Positions 25,201 to 37,539 of a DNA stretch of 64,000 nucleotides are shown here, in pieces. Numbering within the stretch: the stretch's first letter is position 1; every line of letters starts with the position of its first letter. Below the pieces are notes generated by a model. It was not told the DNA's origin and did no database searches. It was given only the letters and a program-made list of their open reading frames with translations. The stretch is from Macrostomum lignano (taxonomy: Eukaryota), in the NCBI GenBank assembly GCA_002269645.1, contig NIVC01002728.1, positions 62,001 through 126,000 on the forward strand, given 5' to 3'. The position numbers were made by a program, and so were the translations under genes.

Positions 25201-26557
25201 GAGCTTTTCAGGGCTAGTTTGGGTCCTCTCGAGCAGATTTCAGCATTTTGGCGCTGATTCCGCGATCCTGGCGCCAATTTGGGGATCCTGGCGCCAAATT
25301 TAGCTTCCCGCGTCAATTTGAGCTTTCCCGCGCCAATTTGAGCTTTCCAGCGCTAGTTTGAGCTTTCCAGGGCTAGTTTGGGTCCTCTCGAGCTGATTTC
25401 AGCATTTCGGCCATTCTGGCGCCAATTTGGGGATCCTGGCGCCAAATTTAGCTTCCGGCGCCAATTTGAGCTTTCCCGCGCCAATTTGAGCTCTACAGCG
25501 CTAGTTTGAGCTTTCCAGGGCTAGTTTGGGTCCTCTCGAGCTGATTTCAGCATTTCGGCGATCCTGGCGCCAATTTGGGGATCCTGGCGCCAAATTTAGC
25601 TTCCGGCGCCAATTTGAGCTTTCCCGCGCCAATTTGAGCTCTCCAGCGCTAGTTTGAGCTTTCCAGGGCTAGTTTGGGTCCTCTCGAGCTGATTTCAGCA
25701 TTTCGGCGATCCTGGCGCCAATTTGGGGATCCTGGCGCCAAATTTAGCTTCCGGCGCCAATTCGAGCTTTCCCGCGCCATTTGAGCTCTCCAGCGCTAGT
25801 TTGAGCTTTCCAGGGCTAGTTTGGGTCCTCTCGAGCTGATTTCAGCATTTTGGCGCTGATTCCGCGATCCTGGTGCCAATTTGGGGATCCTGGCGCCTCG
25901 CTTTCACGCCTCGTTTCACACTCTACACTGTACGTCATCACACTGGCTACAACAAATATCCACTTTTTAGATAGTACATTTTAAGATTGTTTAACATGTA
26001 GATCTAGCGGAAAAGTAGCTGTTTTCTCATTCATTATAGTTAATTGAATTAAATAATCTTACTTCATAGCTAACATCGGAAGTGATTTATAGGCGCTGAC
26101 TACTTGAGATGGTAGTTTTTTAAAGAAACTAGAAGTACAAGCTATTAAGATAGAGCAGGCAATACATCGACTGAAACATAATTAGAGATAACTGTGCACA
26201 CAGTCCGCATTGACCCATGTACATTGGCATATTCATTGTGCTACAACCAACTAAACCCATTGCAAGGCTCACTTGGAAACGCCAGCTTACGTATCTAAAG
26301 TGGTAATTCACACCGCGCCTCTACCTGACGCGGCAATGCAAAGCGCTCTCAACCAATTTAACATTTATGCTGGCGGAAGAACTTGCTATAGTCATAATGC
26401 AGCAGCTTCATTCTCCAGTCGATCGTTTCCGTGCGACACGTTCACCGATTACATCGATTTGACCAGCGATAGAAAGGATTCCGTAATGTCCCTGTGCGAA
26501 GTGGAAGTCTATGGAAAGGCGCTTGCGTTCCAGGAACTCGAAAATGGAGCTGCGTAA
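19211..26557 (+). CDS. Secreted F-type-lectin-like (FTP/F5-8C fold) gene copy A; exons 1-3 only (exons 4-5 not found)
   Basis: Exons 19211(or 19232)-19370 (signal peptide MPGFLLLQLLFLLFSCEIRA), 20691-20821 (LAIDNQIIQEWTQCSST..PWW), 26267-26553 (..SLCEVEVYG). Same phases as copies B and C. Ends in GC|GTAAGT, so read-through gives TAA at 26555-26557. Confidence 0.72.
19525..20050. repeat. 28-bp minisatellite (CCTCCCAGATCCTCAGTTGCTGGGCCAG) in lectin A intron 1
   Basis: Tandem units; same unit at 42645-42850. Confidence 0.93.
20070..20592. mobile_element. Older MITE of the same TIR family as the 15031-19033 element (orthologous copy at ~42850-43410; half copy at ~58850-59130)
   Basis: Inverted copies of GATAGGAGGCAGA..GTTCATCTTT / AAAGATGAAC..CTATCGAAAG; right end CCTTCTGCTTTAGTAGTCCTTG. 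Confidence 0.7.
20916..24187 (+). mobile_element. Near full-length RTE-like non-LTR retrotransposon (AP endonuclease + reverse transcriptase) in lectin A intron 2
   Basis: EN motifs (ATFNARTL, AVQEHR, GGIGFLL, VYAPT, AGDFNA, RLDWI, SDH); RT motifs (SIPKKG, QSGFRPGRST, VDFRKAFDSV, GVLQGDTLAPLLF, AYADDIAL, FRYLGS). TSD ATAGGGGAGGGGG at 20903-20915 and 24188-24200; (TA)n tail. Confidence 0.93.
21062..24165 (+). pseudogene. EN-RT ORF of the RTE-like LINE, with one in-frame TGA (21971-21973) and a +1 frameshift near 23981
   Basis: ORFs 21062..21973 and 21983..24067 are in the same frame. An alternative frame after 23981 continues (NPLALTLLHQPTERLRRGQGR). Confidence 0.8.
24920..25900. repeat. Higher-order satellite, ~150-160-bp unit built from ~19-bp GGCGCCAA subunits, ~7 copies
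   Basis: CGATCCTGGCGCCAA recurs at ~24925, 25104, 25263, 25410 (variant), 25559, 25707, 25864. Confidence 0.9.
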
Positions 26558-26629
26558 GTTTGGAAAATTGCTCGCAAATACGTAAAATAGTGGACCATGG
26601 ATGACTGTTTTTAGTATTAGCACATACTT

Positions 26630-28110
26630 TGTAGTATTGCGAAAATAATTGAGGCGTGAAACGCGGTGGTTCGTTTGCTTTAATTTTTCTTTAATTGTTT
26701 TCCGTGTGGAATCCATTCCGTGCTGTATATTTATATACGTGTTGATAGAACATTCCGCAATCCGGAAAGTTCGAGAAGCAGTTTCTAGAAAGGGGTGCGC
26801 GGGAGTTCAAAATACCAAATATAGAAAGTGTGTGTTTACGCGGAAGTTTCGAGAATATAAGTATTGTACTTACTGTACGCTATCTTATAACGTATACACG
26901 CGTTGTTTAGTTGAACTTTCTAGAATATGAAGATTCAAGCATGTTATAGAATATTATAGAAAATAGAAATACGCTACAATACTTATAATATAGTGAATAC
27001 ACTACAATAGTTCCCCCGCCGGAGACGGAGTCTCAGAGGGGTACAAAATTTACTGGATAAATGTTTAGTTAACTATACGCGTAAACGGAATTTTTACAAT
27101 GAAGTCTTGGATATGAAACTACACGAGCATATTGTACGTGTGCATCCATATACTGTAAATGCGATAAATGGTAATGTACATGCATTGCGGAGGCTAGCTA
27201 TATGAACAAGTCTATGTACAAGTCAGAAGTAGAAAAAGTCTTTTCTGGGGTTGAAGTGCACTCGTCGTCCACTCCTGGTTCGAGTTGGCGTCTGCTGGGT
27301 ATTGTCCTCACTGGCTGTTGTCGACGGTGTCGTCTGTTGAGTCGCCTCGTCCTTTTTCTCCCTTTCGTTTGTCGTCGTCTCGTCCTGAGGAGCCTCCCGA
27401 GGGTTTCGGCTGGTAGGTGGCGTTTGGACCGACTTCGGTTGCTGTAGGCTTGCAGAACGGCATGGCTTCAGACGGTCGATTGAGATTGCTTCCTCTTGTC
27501 CGGCTCGTGTCTCGACTATGAAGAACTTGGATGTGTGCCGGACGACGGTGTAAGGTCCTGAGTATGGCGCTTCGAGCGGCTTTCGAACTCTATCTACCCG
27601 GATCCAGACTTTCTCGGCCGTCCAAAGGTCTTTCGGGGTGTAGGTCTTGTTAACGACTGGTTGCCGTGGCTGATGTTCAAGAAGTTGATCGAGGTTCAAC
27701 TGGATCGTCGCGGGGTCTGAAGCGTTGACTAGGACTCGAGGAAGCATCGGATTTTCGCCTGTGAGCCTGGTGAATGGGCTGACACCTGCATCATCTGGTG
27801 CGATGTGCATCACAAGCAATGCTAGAGGCAGGTTGTCAAGCCATGAAGCTCCTCGCGCTTTGAGCATGGTCTTGAGAGTTCGATGTGCTCTCTCCACTTT
27901 CCCGTTGCACTGTGGATGGTACGCCGTGGTGCTTAGCCTATCGAAACCAACAGCTGACGAGAGGATGAGGAAGAGCTCCGCTTCGAATTAGGTCCGCGAT
28001 CCGTAAGGACGTAGAGTGGGACTCCAAAGCGCGAAATCCACGTTGTAATGAAGGCCGTTCCAATACTCTGCGCTGTGACTGTCTCGAGTGGCGCTGCTTC
28101 GAGCGAATTC
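26630..28110 (-). mobile_element. Gypsy/Ty3 LTR retrotransposon 3' remnant: broken integrase, PPT and 377-bp 3' LTR (26630-27006)
   Basis: Integrase motifs ISRFGVP..TDRG..FEAE..TTAYHPQCNGKVERAHRTLK and GPY/F (RVRKPLEAPYSGPY), with a stop and a frameshift near 27990. LTR termini TGTAGT..ACTACA; purine tract GGCGGGGGAA next to the LTR. Confidence 0.88.
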
Positions 28111-28379
28111 CGGTTGTTTCGCCCCCAAACCGTTTCGGCCAAGTACATTTCGCCCCTAGACCATTTCGCCCATAGTCCGTTTCGCCCATAGTCCGTTTCG
28201 CCCATAGACCAGTTCGGCAACGGGCGTTTCGGCCAAAATGGTGATTATGTATTTTAGAGATACAGCCATACATGTATCTTTATTTCTTTTTTCAATGCTA
28301 ATTTTTAGTTTTAATTTGTAATAAAATATGATCTGAATTGTTGCCACAACAATTGTGTTATTGCGTTATTGCGATTTTT

Positions 28380-31300
28380 TTTTTTAGTAGTAGTAGTAGT
28401 AGTAGTAGTAAGTTGGCTCAGGCAAGAAGCCTGTTTGGCCAATATATTTCTATGTATTTAAGATTGCTTCAGGAATAGGAGACAATATTTTAGCACTAGT
28501 TATTTAATTATGATTAGTACGAGTTTTGCAAAATGGTATTTGAAAGAACGCGGAAAAGTTATTAACGATACTTGGACGACTAACGAAGCGAAAGAAAAAG
28601 CAAGGAGTTAAAAAAAGTATTGCAGTTAATAAAAGTAAAAACGAAAGAAAAATGAACAAAAACGAACTTCGAAGGGACTTTACGTTAAGCGAATGACGAC
28701 GATTTAACTAGGTATTAGATAGGAAACTAATTAAATACTAATTAAGTGCTAATTAAGTAGGAAATTAAAAATGGGAAAGGCGGATTTATTTCACTGCTGA
28801 TATGTCTGTTTCAGTTTGCATAACTGTTTTAGCTATTCATGACTTCATATATTTTAGCTACACCAGTGAGCTCTTTTCTGACTCTTTTTTCATTTGTAGC
28901 ATATCCTAACTTGTGTACTTGCTTGTCATTTAGGAGGTACTGACAGAAGTATTTTTTTCTGAACTTTTCGGTTTGTGGACATTCGGTCAAGTAGTGTAGG
29001 ATATCGGAACCATTTCTCGCTCCACACAGTCTACATGGTTCATGAGAGAAAATGTTGGGTGTAATTTCGCATTTCAGTTTTAGGAGGGTTGTTAGGAATT
29101 TTTTGTTTCTAAAAGTGCATGGAAAGTAATCTGAAAGGTCAGGCCTGCAGATTTTTTTGTAGAGATAGGCGTTTTTATAGAGTTTAATATGTTGCTGATT
29201 CTCTAGCTTTTGGCTAAGTTCTCTTTCTCTGTGTATCTTGAGGTGCTTTTTCACTAGGTATTTCTCGTTATTAAAGCTTTGGGAAAGTTTATCTTCAGTT
29301 AGTGCTTTTAAGTCTATACTTTCCAGTTTCTTTAGTATATTTGTTTTCCATGGATTTTTTTGGCTGGTGTTTGAGTAGAAAATTTCTAGTGTCGTTTGGC
29401 AAAGTTTTTGATGTCTAATCTTCAGCCAGTAGGTAAGATAGGTTTTAGCAATTCGTTGGGAGATTGGAGTAAGCTCAAGTTCTGATGATATCACACTGTT
29501 GCTAGCAAATTTTGGTAGATTGAGGAGATATTTGTAGAATTTCAGCTGAATGTTATCAATAGCTTTTGTTTCAGAAATGGTAGCCAGAGGGCCCCAGAGC
29601 TCACAGCCGTACGTGATAACGGGGGTGACAAGCGCGTCGAATAGTCTGCGAATGAGTGTGATGTCCAGGGACGTATTTTTTACCTTGTGGAGTAGGGAAA
29701 ACATAGCTGAATAACCCTGCTTAGTTTGATGTTCAATACATTTTTTAAAGCTGTTTTTTGGTTCAAAAATAATTCCCAGGTATTTAAATTCATTTACTTC
29801 CTCTATTTCTTGGTTGTCGTAGATTATTTTTGTAGCAAAACTTTCTGTGTCATTTTTTTGTCTGGTACTGCCCTGCATAATCTTTGTTTTGCTTGCATTA
29901 ACTTTCAAGTAGTTTTGCTTGCAGTAATTTTCCATAGTTGTAAATGTGTCTTGAAGTTCATCTTTGTTTTTAGCTAGAATGGCTTGATCGTCCGCAAAGA
30001 GCAGGATGAGTGGGAAAGCAGATCTCGTAAGAGAGCGCCTAGCGCTAGAGAGTTCAAGATATTCAACAATGTCGTCAATATATAGTTCAAAAAGGATGGT
30101 AGAGAGAGGGTTACCTTGAAGAACACCTTTAGATATTGGGATTGGCTGGGTTTCATCATCATCATCATCTTTCTTTAGAATGAAACAGGCATTTTTATGC
30201 ATGTTCTTGATAAGTTCTGTCATTTGACCTTTAATACCTTGGTTATCCGTTTTGTGCCAAAGGGTCGGTTGATTTAAGCTATCGAAGGCTTTTTCATAGT
30301 CAACAAAACCGATAAAGAGTTCATTTTTGTTGTAGATGGACTGGTTTATAATGTTGTAAAGATTAAAACATTGGTCGATTGTGCTGTGATTGGGCTTGAA
30401 ACCGTATTGGTATTTTGATATAAGATTGTTAGCGTATGCTAGGTTTTCAAGTCTGGATTTAATAATTTGGCAAAAGAGCTTGCCAAAAATTGGTTGAATG
30501 CAGATTCCTCTGTAATTGTTGGGGTCGGCACTGCTGCCTTTGTTTTTATAAATCGGATGAAGAGTATTTGTAATCCAACTAGTTGGAAAGGTTCCTTGTT
30601 TGAGTGCTTCGTTGAAAAGTGAGCATAGGAGGTCAGTAAGTTCGTTTTCAAGGTATTTGAGTGTTTCTACATATACTTTATCATGCCCAGGTGCTTTGTC
30701 GGTTTTGAGCTTTTTAATATGTTTTATAACTTCTTCTTTGGTGAATGGGGCATTGAAATCCTCTAAATTAGTCAGAATAGGGTTGTCAAGGTGAAGATTG
30801 TATGCTAGTCTAATGCTGCTGTCTTGTTCAGTTACAAGATTTTGAAAGTGTATGACAAATTTTTCGTCAATTGCTGCATTGTTATTGGGGTGGTTATGTG
30901 GTTTCAGTAATTGCCAAAGCTGTCTTGTATCATTTTGAATATAAGCCTGGTTGATCATGTTTTCTGCACACAGTATTGATTCATGTTTCCAAGAAATCAA
31001 GCTTTTTTCATATGTTTTTTTAAGCTGTATTTTGGATGCGAGGTTGCTACTTGTGGGGAACATCTTATATCTTCTGCTGGCATGCCTGGTGGCATTTCTC
31101 AGGTCTTTAAGAAATTGTGGCAATGCTGAACAGAGAGGGTTTTTTGTTTCTACTGTGATTTTACTTTGGATTTGCTGAACTTTCTTGCTTAAATTATGGA
31201 TGAAAGCTGGGTTTTGCATGTCGAGATTTGGGATTTTATTCTCCAGATCCTTTAGATCATCTGAGAAGCAATTGATATGTTTTTCTTGTTGTGGGGTGGG

Positions 31301-31440
31301 TTTATCTAGTTTTCTTAATATCCGGAATTTTGTTCTTTGGTTATTGGTTGCTTGTTTTGTTTCTGTAATCTCTGCTGTGAATTTACATGATAATGAGAGT
31401 ATAATTTGATTGTAGATTTTGTTTATTACGATTGAGAATT
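28380..31440 (-). mobile_element. 5'-truncated non-LTR retrotransposon (CR1/L2-group-like) with intact RT and C-terminal CCHC knuckle
   Basis: ORF 28829..31219: KAPGHD, YRGICI, QYGFKPNHST, FVDYEKAFDSL, GVLQGNPLS, LFADD, FKYLG, CRLCG..HYLTECP. The 3' end has a hairpin (CAGGC-TTCTT-GCCTG), (TAC)n and an A tail. Confidence 0.9.
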
Positions 31441-31739
31441 AAATTACGAGTTTTTTTAAAGTCATTCCTTTTCAAAAGTGCGTCAATTATTTAAACCAAT
31501 TTGTACAATCAGAGGGTGAGAAAGGATTTCTCGGTCAATTAAAGCACAAAGCATAAAACCGTGATAAAGTATAAATGTAAAAATGCTGTATAAAATTAGT
31601 CATTTCAATCAAATTACAAAGTGTAAAACCCTGATCAAGTAAAGTAAAAACTGCTGTACATATGTAAGTCATTTCAATCTTCGGCTTCGGTTATGCAAGG
31701 AGAACGAAGGTAAATTACCAGAAATAAAAGGATAAGATT

Positions 31740-32390
31740 AAAACTCTAAAAATGTTGTATAAAAGCACGAGAAACCTTGGGCAAGCTGAGTCCATGTCGG
31801 AGCAGATGTTAATGCGAAAACGAACCAGTTACTTAGCAAAAGTAACGGTAGAAGCGCCGGACAGAAATGTCGAGACCGAGGAACTCGTGATACCAGTGGA
31901 GTCCAGCTCATCTCAGAGTTTTTCCAGCTGCTCTTGCTGCCTTCGATATGTCCGCCTCCTCAGACGAAGCACCTTTCCTTCTGTGCTGGTTCCAGCCTGG
32001 CTGTAAGCGGAATTTGCTGACACTCACTGTCGATCAGTAGCAGGAGGCAGTAAAACTGAAGAAAACCGCGAGTGGCCTTTCGGTTCAGACGGTTGTGCCA
32101 ACCTTCAGCATCGTTGTTTGTCCTGTACAGCTGGCGGTAAGATGACCATGACGCCGGTGGCCACATTGAGCTCCTAATCCATGTTTCCTGGATGTAGGAC
32201 ATCCAATGCTGCAGTCCTTGGCTGGTGTTGCCATCCCCCGCATCCACCACAGTTGATGGCATGCTGACGACTACTTACAATTTTTTCACACAATAGACAT
32301 AAATCACTACTAGCTGCATCCATATAGTCCACAGAGTTGCTGAGATCTATAGTTTCGTAAACTAGCAATATTGTGCCCCCCTTCGGGGCG
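31740..32390 (-). pseudogene. MULE (Mutator-like) transposase relic with adjacent PHD-finger-like fragment
   Basis: WSSYRQLYRTNNDAEGWHNRLN matches the C-terminal RTNNxxEGWHxRLN motif of MULE transposases; CLLCEKIV..HAINCGGCGGWQH in a neighbouring frame. Confidence 0.7.
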
Positions 32391-32689
32391 GCCGTTAAAA
32401 AGAGACAAAATTTAGTTACTTGAATTGATTGAATGAATTCGAAAATATGCTTTAAAAGCTACGAAAAGTTAGCATATCATACTAACTTACAATCAGTTAT
32501 CAAAAAATGCAAGCCATGCAATGCAATGCCATTTGTCGATAGAATTACTATTATTATCTTCGCCCCCCGTTGGGGGACATCTGGATAGAATCTCTGTTCT
32601 CTACAAGTAACAAAAAGACAGCCAAATAAAGCCTTAACAAAGACAATAGACAAACTGCTTAAGTAAATTGGAAAGCAAAAAGAAATCAT

Positions 32690-32990
32690 CCCAAGTAAGC
32701 AAGCATCCCCCAGATTGCAAGCATCCCCCAGATAGCAAGCATTCCCCAGATAGCAAGCATCCCCCAGATAGCAAGCATCCCCCAGATAGCAAGCATCCCC
32801 CAAATAGCAAGCATCCCCCAGATAGCAAGCATCCCCCAGATAGTAAGCATCCCCCAGATAGCAAGCATCCCCCAGATAGCAAGCATCCCCCAAATAGCAA
32901 GCACCCCCAGATAGCAAGCATCCCCCCTCCCAGATAGCAAGCATCCCCCAGATAGCAAGCATCCCCAAATAGTAAGCATCCACCAGACAA
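32690..32990. repeat. 18-bp minisatellite (GATAGCAAGCATCCCCCA)
   Basis: ~16 tandem units. Confidence 0.95.
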
Positions 32991-33079
32991 TAAGTAGCTA
33001 GTGCAACAATTTCCTTAGCTCTATAGTGGCTCCTTTAAAATTGGCATGACGCTTACTTTTACGTTTGAAATTGTGTATC

Positions 33080-34011
33080 TTTTATGTTTGACATGGTGGC
33101 TCTTTAATGTTTGACATGGTGGCTCTTTTATGTTTGACATGATGGCTCTTTAATGCTCTACATGGTGGCTTTTTTATTTTCGACATTGTGGCTCTTTAAT
33201 GTTTGGCATGATGGCTCTTTGATGTTTGACATGGAGTCACGAATATACTTGACATGGTGACTCGTTAATGTTAGACATGGTGGCTCTTTAATGTTTGGCA
33301 TGATGGCTCTTTGATGTTTGACATGGAGTCACGAATATACTTGACATGGTGACTCGTTAATGTTAGACATTGTGGCTCTTTAATGTTTGGCATGATGGCT
33401 CATTGATGTTTGACATGGAGTCACAAATATACTTGACATAGTGACTCGTTAATGTTAGACATGGTGGCTCTTTAATGTTTGACCTGGTGGCACCTTAATG
33501 TCTGTAATGATGGCTCTTTAATGTTTGAAATGGTGGCTCTTTAATATTTGACATGGTGGCTCTTTAATGTTCGACATGGTGGCTTTTTAATGTTCGACAT
33601 GGTGCCTCCTTAATGTTTGACATGGTGGTCCTTTTATGTTTGACATGGTGGCTCTTTTATGTTTGACATGATGGCTCTTTAATGTTTGACATGGAGTCAC
33701 ATATATGTTGGACATGGTGGCTCTTTAATGTTCGACATGGTGGCTCTTTAATGTTTGACATTGTGGCTCTTTTATGGTTGACATGGTGGCTCTTTTATGT
33801 TCGACATGGGGGCTCTTCTATGTTTGGCATGGTGGCTCTTTGATGTTCGACATGGTGGCTCTTTTATGTTTGGCATGGTGGCTCTTTTATGTTCGACATG
33901 GTGGCTCTTTAATGTTAGACATGGTGGCTGTTTAATTTTAACATGGTGGCTCTTTAATGCTCGACATGGTGGCTTTTTAATGTCCGACATGGTGCCTCTG
34001 TAATGTTTGAC
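33080..34011. repeat. ~23-bp minisatellite (GACATGGTGGCTCTTTAATGTTT) with variant higher-order blocks
   Basis: Tandem units. Confidence 0.93.
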
Positions 34012-34365
34012 AAGTCTATGGAAAGCCTCTGACCTTCCAAGGGTTGGATAGCGGAGAGGCGTGAGTTAAACGAGCTTGATCATCTGTGGCTAAGGTGGTT
34101 AATTTAGGCGAGCTTGATTTTTTAGATTGGCATATTCAAAATGGGCAGATTCAGAATAGCAGATTCAGAATAGCAGATTCAGAATGGCAGATTCAGAATG
34201 GCAGATTCAGAATGGCAGATTCATAATTGGTAGGTTCAGAATGTCAGATTCAGAATGGCAGATTCAGAATGGACAGGTTCAAAATGAGCAGGTTCAGAAC
34301 GGGCAGGTTCAGAATGGCAGATTCAGAATGGGCAGATTCAGAATGGCAGATTAGAAATGGCAGAG
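34012..34365 (+). pseudogene. Remnant of a lectin copy C paralogue: exon 3 end (34012-34060), donor, and start of intron 3 with 14-bp repeat
   Basis: Nearly identical to 54769-54900 and followed by GGCAGATTCAGAAT repeats. Confidence 0.85.
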
Positions 34366-34379
34366 TCAGACTGTATACT

Positions 34380-35110
34380 GAACCTGTCAAACTGATTGCC
34401 TCATGAGTCACTTTTCTAGGTATGTGTAGGAGAGAGAGGCCTGGGAGAGACAAGGGCTCGATTTGGTAAAAGATTGACTCGATTCTGTTGGGTGGGTCCT
34501 CTGGCCCCATTCGTATTGGCTAATTTGACGAATTGGCAAATCTACTTGCATGGGTTAAATTATTGAATATGGTCAGATTTGAAGAATTTGGAGGATGAAT
34601 CGAGATGTAAAGTTGGCAACAACGACACTGATTCACCACACCTAAAAGATGACTGCTAGGAGCTTCGGAAATAAGACTACTGTACACAGCAGCATCAACA
34701 AAAGGTATTAAATTGTCAATCGAAATTGACCCGTAGATGTACGATTTTGCATGGTTCGCAGTGTTCATATGTGCATCGAAATATTTTGTTTCTTGCAAAC
34801 TGCTCCTATGGGGAGGTGGATGACGTAATCAAGATAGGTTTTTGGTTGGAGGAGGCTCAATATATGGGTCCGTACTGTGAAAATATCTGTTTGTACACTG
34901 AAATTGGAGAGGGAGGGTCGGAATTCCTTGACAGTTAGAAATGGTAAGGTCAGAGAGACAGGGACGAGTGGTTCTGTTCGATATGGGTCTGTGCTGTGAA
35001 GACGAGTCTAATGAGAATTGGGTGTTGGGTGTTTTGCCAATTTCAGTATACTAAACTTGTCTAACTGATTGTCTCATAAGCCACTTTTCTCAGTGGGTTC
35101 AGAAGGAGAG
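34380..35110. repeat. Unclassified dispersed repeat; diverged second copy at 37544-38230
   Basis: Shared blocks (GGAGAGGG..GTCGGAA..CAGAGAGA.CAGGGACGAGTGGTTC; GGGTCTGTGCTGTGAA). Confidence 0.5.
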
Positions 35111-35329
35111 AGAGAGTTTGGGAGAGACAGTTTAAATTTCAATTGAAATCAACGGGCCGCTTTACCGACTGTATATGTTAAAATTATTATAGCTAGGTTT
35201 ATACAAACTGTACGTTTTAACCCAATATTCAAGAATAATCCCTTCCCTGACTTCTTGAGGGGCATTACACGTACCAAATACACACATTTGAATGATGAAA
35301 CAGCATTTTGACGATTAATTTGTAAAAAT

Positions 35330-36310
35330 TATGGTTTCTGCTGATGAAGTGATTGATTTTGTTCAAGAAAGTCTGCATTTTAATGTTAAAAAGATTAAAA
35401 ACTGTGAAAATTGGCCTTTTTAAACGAAAATGTGCAATTTATAGTAATTTAGCTTTCAATGAAAATGTCTTGGGTGGAATTCCAACTTGGGCAGGGGTGT
35501 GCATATGGAGATCAGTGTGTGACTCATTCCTGCTCGAAAGCTGTCTCTTGCCAACTTTGAAATCAGCATTTGGACAAATTAGCGGGTGAAATCATGGTTT
35601 TTGGGATGAAACTACAAAGTTTGATCAATTCGCATTTCGCATTTTAACGTTAGAAAATAATAAAACTGTGAAAATTGGCCTTTATTAAACCAAAGAATGA
35701 GAAATTCTAAGAATTAGCTTTAAAAAACCATAGCTTTAGTGGAAATTGGACGGCTCGGGTAATCCGTGTGCGATTATAATTCCTGCTCAAAGCTGTCTCA
35801 GAGTTCCAGAAGTAGCATTTGTGATCATTTTGTGTTAAAATTGTGGTTTTTAGTGATGAAACTACTGATTTTGATCAATAAAGTCTGCATTTTAATGTAA
35901 AAAATGCGTAAAAACTGTGAAAAATTGTATTTTCTTATGAAAAATGCTCATTTCTAGCAATTTAGGCTTCAATAGCCATTTCTTTGGTTGATTCTGGGCT
36001 GGCTTGGCTTGTGGATGTTCGTGCGGGGTTCATTCTTGCTTCAAAGCTGTCTAAGGTCAAGTTGAAAACGACATTTGGACAAATTAGCTGTTGAAGTAGC
36101 TATGGTTTCTAATGATGAAACTACTGATTTGGATCAATAAAGTCTACATTTTAACGTTAAAATCGTTAAAAACTGTGAAAATTGTATTTTTTTATGAAAA
36201 ATGCTCATTTCTAGTCATTTAGCTTTCAAAATAACCAAATTTCTTGTTTAAAATTCCAACTTGACTTTGTATATGGAGAGGTCAGTGCATGATTCATTCC
36301 TGCTTCGAAC
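35330..36310. repeat. Diverged AT-rich tandem repeat, ~255-260-bp period, ~4 copies
   Basis: GATGAA..AAAACTGTGAAAATT recurs at ~35343, 35605, 35855, 36114. Confidence 0.8.
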
Positions 36311-36334
36311 AGATTAAACCATCTCAGGACCAAG

Positions 36335-37539
36335 TGTAGTGTGAGCATCTTTTGCGATAGCCTTGTATTCTATTAGTTAGGTTTTGCATTATTGTTATTG
36401 AATTGTTATTTTGCTTTAGTTTAGTCATGCGTTTTTGGTGTACTTTTTTCTTGTTAGTTAGGGTTTATTTTGCGTAAACAGGCTAGAAGTCAGACGCCAA
36501 TTCTGTGACTCAGCGGAGGGTGGAGTTCTCTGCGAACCCCAGCTTTGCGCGGTCAGCCAATCAGAACCGGCCTGGACCCTGGCACGCGGCAAGTTCCAGT
36601 TCTACCCGGCGCCGCGGGCACAGTGCAATTCGGCTTAAGCAAGCGGCCGGCCAGACGACCACCGCCCGGCTTGAGGGGGGAATTTCGAGGGGTTGTGACT
36701 CTGACTATATATGAAAGTGTGTTTGGCAATCAGATCTCACTTTTTCCCTTCTCTTTCCTGCTCCGTCCCCGGTTTTGGTTTGTGTTCCAGCTTCCCGGCC
36801 GGTGGCCTGTTCCCTTTGGTTCGCGCTTTGAGGCGTTTTGATTTCGTCACCCCGGTCCATACTTTGTTCCCCGCCCAACCGCTTCAGTCTTGTGGCGTAA
36901 CGTCTACGGCAAATTCCTTTCTGAAGTCGTCGCTGTCAAGCGCGGTAAGATAGAGACTGTCGGATCTGATCAAGTACGCGGCCTCGACCCCGAGGGCCTC
37001 AGTGTCACACTGAAGGGCAGTGCCGATAGAATTTAGTCGGTACTCCGTTGAACGGTCGGTTCGGCAGGGCTCTCGTTCGAGTGTAGGTTCTGGTTTAGGC
37101 CAGGGGTTAGGAGTCTTCTCCGTGGTCGTGTTCGGTTCTTCTTCCTCTTCTTCTTCAGCTGAGATGTGCTTGCCAGTTGCGTAATCTAATTATTATTATT
37201 ATTAACCGTTATCGTCGTTTTGTCAACTCTAGTTATCTGCGCCGCTTTGAATTTGAATCTTGTAACTTGAAGAAATCAAATTAAATCGTCTAGCCAATTA
37301 TCAGTTTGTATCATATAGGATCATCACTCTCTAAATCTTTCGGTTTGTGTTCCCTCGTGTTCTTTCTTTTCTTGTACTGTACCTGCGGCTATTGGAGAAA
37401 GACTGGTAGGACTCGCCGACCGGCGATAGGCGATTAGGATTAATAGCTTTAAAATCTCCGAACGCTCCAAGTAGGTTTGTCTAGGGCCTAAATAATTGCT
37501 TACCGTGCATGCTATTTATCTAATTGCCTATTCATCACA
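36335..37539 (+). mobile_element. Solo LTR (1205 bp) with 4-bp TSD
   Basis: TGTAGTG..CATCACA termini; TSD CAAG at 36331-34 and 37540-43; internal CCAAT (~36557) and TATA-like (~36706) motifs. Confidence 0.72.

Noticed and set aside
32498-32610. First exon of another secreted gene (MQCHLSIELLLLSSPP..)
   Set aside because: Weak hydrophobic core, no similarity to lectin exon 1, and no downstream in-phase exon found.
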